Positions 6,268-12,132 of a stretch of 12,132 nt of DNA are shown in pieces. The stretch's first letter is position 1. Each line of letters starts with the position of its first letter. Position numbers and translations under genes: made by a program. The stretch comes from Planctomycetota bacterium (GTDB lineage Bacteria; Planctomycetota; UBA1135): contig JASFYO010000034.1 in NCBI GenBank assembly GCA_045047305.1, positions 1-12,132 on the forward strand, in the 5' to 3' direction. The notes under the pieces are model-generated. The model was not told the DNA's origin, did not search any database, and was given only the letters and a program-made list of their open reading frames with translations.

Positions 6268-6864
6268 TTAGAGATTGGCGAATGGCGACCACATCGGTGC
6301 CGTCCAGATGCCAAGCATGACCAAACCGAGGGCAGGGCCCCAGGAAAGTTCGTGGTTATGCAGCACCATGTCCCAAGAGAAACTGCGCTCTTGTCCACTA
6401 CGCCATGGCTTCAGTTGAGGCCAAAAATCCGGCACGTTAGCGGCGTGGATATCGACTTCCTCGCCAAACAATTTTTGCAAGCGCGGATATTCACGCTTCA
6501 TTTTGCGTGGCATGTAGAAGGCCAAAAAAACTACCACCAAAACTGCAGAAAATCCCCAGACTAATTGGCCGCGTAGGGCGTCGGCATTGCCTGCGGCGAG
6601 CGCCACGCCGAGCAACGCCAAAAAACTACCGAAGTAAGCCGGGTTGCGCAGATAGGCGTAAGGGCCGCTGGTCACCAGCAGCATGTTTTTGTCGAGATAG
6701 CCAAAGGCCCAAATCCGCAGCAGCCAAGCCATCAACACCAGTACGCAGCCAAGCGTAAAGGTGGGAAGACGGGGGTCCGCCAGAGAAACCAACAGGATTC
6801 CACAGCTATACACAGCTGTCTTACGCCAGGTCAGTCGTTTGGATGCTCTTTTCTCGCCACTCAT
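6268..6864 (-). CDS. Isoprenylcysteine carboxyl methyltransferase (ICMT/PEMT) family integral membrane methyltransferase
   Basis: Several hydrophobic helices, with LRIWA.GY..K...LVTSGPYAYLRNPAYFG and a C-terminal E...L...FG......VP.FWP motif. Confidence 0.9.
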   Translation of the reverse strand: MSGEKRASKRLTWRKTAVYSCGILLVSLADPRLPTFTLGCVLVLMAWLLRIWAFGYLDKNMLLVTSGPYAYLRNPAYFGSFLALLGVALAAGNADALRGQLVWGFSAVLVVVFLAFYMPRKMKREYPRLQKLFGEEVDIHAANVPDFWPQLKPWRSGQERSFSWDMVLHNHELSWGPALGLVMLGIWTAPMWSPFANL

Positions 6865-6931
6865 GGTCTTGCGGGGATTGCCCCCGTAGACGATGATTGT
6901 CCCGTCCCGCGCTCATCAATCAACCTTTCTG

Positions 6932-7648
6932 ATGCGAAACCTACTTCTGTGCTCCCTCGGCCTGCTTTTTGCTTGTGCCGGCCCTGCTTCGAACTCGAAT
7001 TCTGCTGCCAAGGCCCCCCCCATGGCAAAATCAGACTCGGCTGACTCCGCTAACCTTGCGAATTCTTCGGCGAATTCCATCCAAAGTCCCGATGAAGCCA
7101 TCCTCGGTAGCAGCGCAGAACGTGAAGCCATTCGTCGGCATGAGCAAATGCTCGCCGACCTTGCCAAGCGCGGCATCTACCCGGAAAACAAGCCAACTCA
7201 GGTCTCGGTGAGCTACCACCGCGCTGGCACCACGATTGGACTCTACAACGAGGCCAACATGTCGCAAAGTGAGTACTACACCACCGCACGTTCCAGCGCC
7301 AAGTTTAAGATCATCCCCAACATTGAAATGGGTGCGCTGTTGAAGGCGTTAGATGATCTCGGTTACTACGAGGAAGCCAAAGATGGCGTGTCCCGTGTTT
7401 CGGGTGCCAGCCTTACAGTGGTGGTCCGTCAAGGCGGCGAAGAAGAGAAGAGTTACTCCTTGAGTTGGGGCGCGTCGATGGGCAAAACCAACAACAAGCT
7501 CACTCAGACTTGCGCCGATGCCGTCCGCGTCATTTTCGACACCACACGTTCGGTCCAAGTGGTAGACAACCCTAATGGCACTGACTTTTTCCAAAACGAA
7601 AGCAACCGCATTCGTAACGAGAACGCGCGCAACGCGATCAAGCATTAA
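6932..7648 (+). CDS. Hypothetical lipoprotein
   Basis: Starting at ATG 6932 gives MRNLLLCSLGLLFA-C, a basic-hydrophobic signal with a lipobox, followed by a Ser/Ala/Asn-rich linker and a globular domain. It ends 3 nt before kdsB. The ORF-track start at 6893 is probably too long. Confidence 0.8.
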   Translation: MRNLLLCSLGLLFACAGPASNSNSAAKAPPMAKSDSADSANLANSSANSIQSPDEAILGSSAEREAIRRHEQMLADLAKRGIYPENKPTQVSVSYHRAGTTIGLYNEANMSQSEYYTTARSSAKFKIIPNIEMGALLKALDDLGYYEEAKDGVSRVSGASLTVVVRQGGEEEKSYSLSWGASMGKTNNKLTQTCADAVRVIFDTTRSVQVVDNPNGTDFFQNESNRIRNENARNAIKH

Positions 7649-7651
7649 GTC

Positions 7652-8392
7652 ATGAGCGGCCGGACCCTGGTCGTCGTTCCTGCGCGACGCGCCTCAAGCC
7701 GTTTGCCAGAAAAGCTCCTGCTCGCGGAATCGGGCAAACCGCTTTTGGCCTACACCCTAGACGCCTGCCTGCGCGCCAAGCTGGCGGGGGGAGTGGTGGC
7801 CGCGGTCGACGACCAGGCTTTGTTCGAAATCGCCGTGGCTGCCGGCGCAGAAGCGGTACTCACCGACCCTAATCTGCCCTCTGGTACCGACCGCATGTGG
7901 GCCGCAGCTCAGCAATACCCAGATGCCGAATTCTTGGTCAATGTGCAGGGGGATGAGGCCGAAATCGAGCCCAAAGCCATCGACGCCGTCTGTCGGGCCT
8001 TGGCCGAAGGATGCCCTGCTGTGACCCTTAGCGCCCCCCTTGCTGCCGACGCCGTGGACGACCCGGCTGCGGTCAAGGTGGTCAGCGCACTCTCCGGAGA
8101 TGCGCTTTACTTTTCCCGCGCCGCGCTCCCCTTTGCGCGCAGCCCAGGCGTCATCGCCCCGCGCCTACACCTTGGGGTTTACGGCTACCGGCGCGACGTG
8201 CTCGAGCAATTTGCCAAATGGAAACCCACCCCCTTGGAACGCGCCGAAGGTTTGGAGCAGTTACGCCTGCTCGAACACGGAATTTCTTTGCGTGTTCTCG
8301 AATGGCCGCATGCTTTCGCGGGAATTGACACGCGGAAGGATTACGATGCCTTCCTAGATCGCCGTAAGTCCCCCGGCGACCCCCTTTCATGA
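7652..8392 (+). CDS. kdsB: 3-deoxy-manno-octulosonate cytidylyltransferase (CMP-Kdo synthetase)
   Basis: Motifs VPARRASSRLPEKLL, SGTDR, VNVQGDE, VKVV...G.ALYFSRA.LP, HLGVYGYR and LE..E.LEQLRLLE.G. Confidence 0.97.
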   Translation: MSGRTLVVVPARRASSRLPEKLLLAESGKPLLAYTLDACLRAKLAGGVVAAVDDQALFEIAVAAGAEAVLTDPNLPSGTDRMWAAAQQYPDAEFLVNVQGDEAEIEPKAIDAVCRALAEGCPAVTLSAPLAADAVDDPAAVKVVSALSGDALYFSRAALPFARSPGVIAPRLHLGVYGYRRDVLEQFAKWKPTPLERAEGLEQLRLLEHGISLRVLEWPHAFAGIDTRKDYDAFLDRRKSPGDPLS

Positions 8393-10035
8393 CCCGTTAC
8401 ATCTTCGTCACTGGTGGTGTGGTTTCTTCCCTCGGTAAGGGAATCACCACGGCCTCCATCGCTGTCATGCTGGAAAAGCGTGGCTTGAAGGTTTCGATCC
8501 AAAAATTGGATCCCTACCTCAACGTCGACCCTGGCACCATGTCTCCATTTGAGCATGGTGAGGTTTACGTAACTGAAGATGGCTATGAGGCCGATTTGGA
8601 TTTAGGCCACTATGAGCGCTTCTCGCAAGCGCCGATCGGACGCCATAGCAACGCCACCACCGGCTCAATCTACTCCGAGGTCATCAAGCGCGAGCGCGAA
8701 GGCGGATATCTAGGCCAGACCGTACAGGTGATTCCGCACATCACCGATGCGATTCAAAACGCCATCCTGCGTGGCGCACCGAAAGGCACCGATGTAGCCA
8801 TCATTGAGATTGGCGGAACTGCAGGTGACATTGAAAGCTTGCCGTTCCTCGAAGCCATCCGTCAGTTTGGCATCAAACGGCCAAAAAACGAGGTCATGTA
8901 TGTGCACCTCACCCTTTTGCCCTACCTCAATGCTTCCGGCGAGATGAAAACCAAGCCGACTCAGCAGTCGGTGGGCAAGTTGCGCGAGATTGGCATTCAG
9001 CCAGATGTCTTGGTGTGTCGCTGTGAACGCCCCATGACGGAGAATATGCGGCAGAAGATTTCTTTGTTCTGCAATGTTCGCTCCGAGGATGTGATTCAAG
9101 AACAAGACGTCGAGACCACGATTTACGAAGTGCCGCTGGACTTGGTCAAGGAAGGCCTCGATCGCGCCCTGGTGCAACATCTAAACCTACCCAGCAACAC
9201 ACGCATCGACATGTCTGACTGGGAAGACCTGCGCGAGCGCTGGGCGAACCCAAAGGGAGAAGTGGTCATTGCTGTGGTTGGCAAGTACATCGAGCTCCAC
9301 GATGCCTACAAGTCCATCTATGAGGCGCTCATGCACGGCGGCGCTGCACACCAGCACAAGGTGCGCTTCAAGAAGGTCGCAGCAGAAGATTGTGCCGATG
9401 GCAACATTGAGGAGCTCCTCAGCGGCGTCAGTGGCCTGTTGATCCCAGGTGGATTTGGCGAGCGCGGCTTAGAGGGCAAAATCCGTGCCTTGCGTTGGGC
9501 ACGAGAGAATCTGGTTCCCGCATTCGGCATTTGTTTCGGTATGCAGGCCATGGTTTTGGAATATGCGCGGAACGTCGCGGGGATTCCACTAGCCCACACC
9601 AGCGAGGTCGACCCCAATTGTGCAGAGCCTGTGATTCACTTGCTTGGCTCGCAGGAAGATGTCACCAACAAAGGTGGCACCATGCGTTTGGGCGCTTATG
9701 CCTGTCGCCTGCTTGAAGGCACCAAGACGGCAGAAATTTATGGTCGCGACATGATTTTTGAACGTCACCGTCATCGTTGGGAATACAACAACGATTACCG
9801 TGATCGTTTGCAGAAAGCTGGCCTGAAGTGCGCCGGCATTCATGAGAAAGATGATTTAGTCGAAGTCGTTGAGGTGCCAGAGCATCCGTTCTACATTGGC
9901 GCGCAATACCACCCGGAGTTCAAGTCCAAGCCACTGGCTCCGCACCCGCTGTTTACCGCTTTTATCGGTGCAGCACTCGAATACCAAGCGACTCCGGCCG
10001 ATGCCGAGGAAGTCGCGCAGATTGAAAACCGATGA
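8389..10035 (+). CDS. pyrG: CTP synthase
   Basis: Motifs YIFVTGGVVSSLGKGI, KLDPYLNVDPGTMSPFEHGEV and KTKPTQ, with glutaminase residues GICFGMQ and QYHPEF. ATGA overlap with kdsB. Confidence 0.99.
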   Translation: MTRYIFVTGGVVSSLGKGITTASIAVMLEKRGLKVSIQKLDPYLNVDPGTMSPFEHGEVYVTEDGYEADLDLGHYERFSQAPIGRHSNATTGSIYSEVIKREREGGYLGQTVQVIPHITDAIQNAILRGAPKGTDVAIIEIGGTAGDIESLPFLEAIRQFGIKRPKNEVMYVHLTLLPYLNASGEMKTKPTQQSVGKLREIGIQPDVLVCRCERPMTENMRQKISLFCNVRSEDVIQEQDVETTIYEVPLDLVKEGLDRALVQHLNLPSNTRIDMSDWEDLRERWANPKGEVVIAVVGKYIELHDAYKSIYEALMHGGAAHQHKVRFKKVAAEDCADGNIEELLSGVSGLLIPGGFGERGLEGKIRALRWARENLVPAFGICFGMQAMVLEYARNVAGIPLAHTSEVDPNCAEPVIHLLGSQEDVTNKGGTMRLGAYACRLLEGTKTAEIYGRDMIFERHRHRWEYNNDYRDRLQKAGLKCAGIHEKDDLVEVVEVPEHPFYIGAQYHPEFKSKPLAPHPLFTAFIGAALEYQATPADAEEVAQIENR

Positions 10036-10295
10036 ACGACCAGCAAACTGTTCCTGGAGGTGACTTCCGCCTCTTCTTGCAGAAAATCGCCATGCAGGGC
10101 TTTTACGCCTTAGGCATGATCGACATTCCAGGCGCGCCGAAGCAAGACGAGAACTTACCGCTTGCACGCACCGTGATTGATGACTTAATGATGCTGCGTG
10201 AAAAAGTCGGCGACAACCTAGAAGAAGGCGAGCGCATGACTCTAGACAAGTACATTTCCGACTTGCAGTTCCAAGTTGTAGAGCGCTCGAAGTAA
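10032..10295 (+). CDS. DUF1844 domain-containing protein
   Basis: 87 aa with the pattern F..F...IA.Q...ALG.I..P.......L.LAR..ID.L.ML.EK...NL...E...L...I..LQ. ATGA overlap with pyrG. Confidence 0.85.
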   Translation: MNDQQTVPGGDFRLFLQKIAMQGFYALGMIDIPGAPKQDENLPLARTVIDDLMMLREKVGDNLEEGERMTLDKYISDLQFQVVERSK

Positions 10296-10298
10296 GCC

Positions 10299-11303
10299 AT
10301 GCACGCTTTCCTGATTTGCCTGGTTGTTTCTCTACTTGGCGCAGCGGGATTGCATGCACAAATCGAAGTCGGTGCGGTAGCTCCTGAAATCCCGAAGACC
10401 CAATGGCTAAACTCCGAAAAGCCGTTGTCTTTGGAGGAATTTCGTGGGCGCGTCATCGTGCTGTTTTTCTGGCCGGCGGAAGAGACCGAGCGCCTTTTAT
10501 ATAAATCGACCTTCATAGAAACATGGAGACCGATTGAAGACTCGAATGCGCTCTACTTTATTATCAGCGATGACACCGCAGAGGCCATCGCTCCTTTTCT
10601 TGAAGCGAAAGAAATCCCTATTGCGACTGCAACCTCCTCCACGGCGAATCAGCTTTACTTGCCGGGACCAGAGCCTTTCGCTTTCATCGTTGGCTGGGAT
10701 GGCCGCATAGCCTGGCGTGGATCTCCATACAGCAAAGACATCCGTAAGGCCCTTCAGGATGAATGGCTACTTGCTCGGAAATTGGATAAGACGTGGGACC
10801 CTCGCCCACTGTTTTCTGACCCTTGCTGGGACGATTTCCTCCATGCCTGCTTAGATGACAAATTACAGAAGGCCGATAAGGCGTTAGATAAACTGACGAA
10901 GCACGAGCACAAAGGCGTTGCACGGTACGCTGGTAAGTTGAAGCAAAGTTTGCGGGTACGAGTGAAAGATCGGGTGGCCTATGCCAAACAGATTGCTCGA
11001 CAAGGTCGGGCGCAAGAAGCGATTCTACTTCTCGAAGAATCGGTCAAGCTGTATAAAGGATTTGAAACGGCTAAGGAGTTAAAAGCCGATATTAAGTCCA
11101 TCAAATCCGCCGGGAAATCAGTGCTTGGCTTAGATAAAAAGCGTGTTCGAGCCTTAACCAAGGCGTTTAGAGGAGATCGGAGTGGAGCCTTGAAGGATTT
11201 AGTTGCACTTCAAGCAAGGGCAGAAGGATCTCGGCTAGAGAACATCGTCAAAGCTGAAATCGGCTTCGTGAAGAGTATGGGTGTGATTGTCGAGGACAAG
11301 TAA
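10299..11303 (+). CDS. Exported TlpA/redoxin-fold protein lacking CxxC, with a basic helical C-terminal domain
   Basis: Signal peptide (LHA-Q), then VGAVAPEI....WLN.EKPLSLEEFRGRVIVLFFW and P.AFIVGWDGRIAWRGSP, which are thioredoxin-fold hallmarks. The C-terminal half is Lys-rich and helical or TPR-like. Confidence 0.8.
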   Translation: MHAFLICLVVSLLGAAGLHAQIEVGAVAPEIPKTQWLNSEKPLSLEEFRGRVIVLFFWPAEETERLLYKSTFIETWRPIEDSNALYFIISDDTAEAIAPFLEAKEIPIATATSSTANQLYLPGPEPFAFIVGWDGRIAWRGSPYSKDIRKALQDEWLLARKLDKTWDPRPLFSDPCWDDFLHACLDDKLQKADKALDKLTKHEHKGVARYAGKLKQSLRVRVKDRVAYAKQIARQGRAQEAILLLEESVKLYKGFETAKELKADIKSIKSAGKSVLGLDKKRVRALTKAFRGDRSGALKDLVALQARAEGSRLENIVKAEIGFVKSMGVIVEDK

Positions 11304-11312
11304 ACTGAGGCC

Positions 11313-11906
11313 ATGAAGGCCTCTTTGCTGTTTCCCGTTTTGCTGCTACTGATTGGTGGTGTATGCACTTTCTCCAACTCGGCTGCCGGGCAGGACCCTG
11401 CCCGAGAAATCACACCACAGCAGCCAACCAGCGTCTTGTTCGTACGCCATGCCGAGACCGCAGCCGACGCCAACGCGCCGCGCAATCCGGAATTGTCCGA
11501 GCGCGGGCTTACTCGGGCTCATGCCCTAGCCGATTTGCTCATGCACGCCGGAATTACACACATATTTGCATCGGAGTACCAACGTACACAAAGCACGGTA
11601 AAAGTATTGGCAGAACGAATTGGGGTCGAGGTGGTAGTGGTTCCAGCCGGACAAATGTATCGGCAGATATCGGACCTTAAAAAATTGCCATCAGGTTCCG
11701 TGGCGCTCGTCTGCGGTCACTCCAACACGGTTCCCGCCATGGTGTTTGGCATGGCGGGCGAGATTGCGGATCTCAAGGACAAGGTTGGGCGGGAGCAGGT
11801 ACTTGCACATGATGCCTACAACCGTTTGTTCTTGGTGACCTTGGCAGCCAATGCAGGTGCCGCAGTCAAAACTTTGGAACTAGGCTACGGCGCCTCCAGT
11901 TCCTGA
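11313..11906 (+). CDS. Histidine phosphatase superfamily protein (SixA/phosphoglycerate mutase-like), probably exported
   Basis: Motifs LFVRHAE, LSERG..RA, ASEYQRTQST and LVCGHSNTVP, plus an N-terminal hydrophobic signal. Confidence 0.92.
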   Translation: MKASLLFPVLLLLIGGVCTFSNSAAGQDPAREITPQQPTSVLFVRHAETAADANAPRNPELSERGLTRAHALADLLMHAGITHIFASEYQRTQSTVKVLAERIGVEVVVVPAGQMYRQISDLKKLPSGSVALVCGHSNTVPAMVFGMAGEIADLKDKVGREQVLAHDAYNRLFLVTLAANAGAAVKTLELGYGASSS

Positions 11907-12132
11907 AGCATGTTCAGCAACTGACCGCAAAAAGCGTAGATGTCTCCGGGCCAACGCGCGGATAGATAGTTACGGTCGCGTACAAAGAAACCTCGGCTAA
12001 GTTTTGCTGAGGTATCGCGATAGATGGTTTTGGGACCAGTCACGAAGTCATCGGGCCTAGCCAAAAGCGCAAGAACTGTGCCATCGTCAGACTCCTTATT
12101 CCTCGAAGTTTGTGTGTATATCCGCACAATTG
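11885..12132 (-). CDS. C-terminal part of a DJ-1/PfpI (type 1 glutamine amidotransferase-like) protein, partial and possibly a disrupted remnant
   Basis: RGFFVRDRNYLSARWPGDIYAF matches the C-terminal V.DgN.lsaR.P.D...F motif of PfpI-like proteins. The frame is open to the window edge and overlaps the convergent phosphatase gene by 22 nt. Confidence 0.65.
   Translation of the reverse strand, partial: IVRIYTQTSRNKESDDGTVLALLARPDDFVTGPKTIYRDTSAKLSRGFFVRDRNYLSARWPGDIYAFCGQLLNMLQELEAP

Noticed and set aside
6893..6931. N-terminal extension of the lipoprotein from ATG 6893
   Set aside because: ATG 6932 gives a canonical lipoprotein signal, while the longer start leaves only 28 bp for two divergent promoters.
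8710..10516. Minus-strand ORFs of 84-167 aa opposite pyrG and DUF1844
   Set aside because: They are antisense shadows of well-supported conserved genes.

Overview
Bacterial chromosomal window using genetic code 11 (TGA is a normal stop for kdsB, pyrG and others). Gene content (DUF1844 after kdsB-pyrG, exported HEAT-repeat protein) suggests Planctomycetota, which is an inference. The minus-strand arm carries an ICMT-family membrane methyltransferase, a Kdo/RIO-like kinase, a double-LysM membrane protein, anmK, an exported TPR/HEAT protein with a pseudo-receiver domain, tRNA-Thr(CGT), a TetR-family regulator and an AhpD/CMD-like gene. The plus-strand arm carries a lipoprotein, kdsB, pyrG, DUF1844, a redoxin-fold protein lacking CxxC and a histidine-phosphatase-family protein, and it converges on the 3' part of a DJ-1/PfpI-like gene. 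Main find: the two ORFs at 353..601 and 26..352 are one in-frame 191-aa AhpD/CMD-like gene. Its single internal TGA sits exactly at the second Cys of the CxxC motif (N-D-C-M-Y-TGA-V-P-A-H), making it a probable selenoprotein (CxxU). It lies directly downstream of a Cys-containing TetR whose leader holds a tandem palindromic operator. Secondary finds are a cluster of NrdR-box-like sites upstream of the LysM-anmK genes, a terminator-like hairpin in the tRNA leader, and a possible LPS-modification gene pair beside kdsB.
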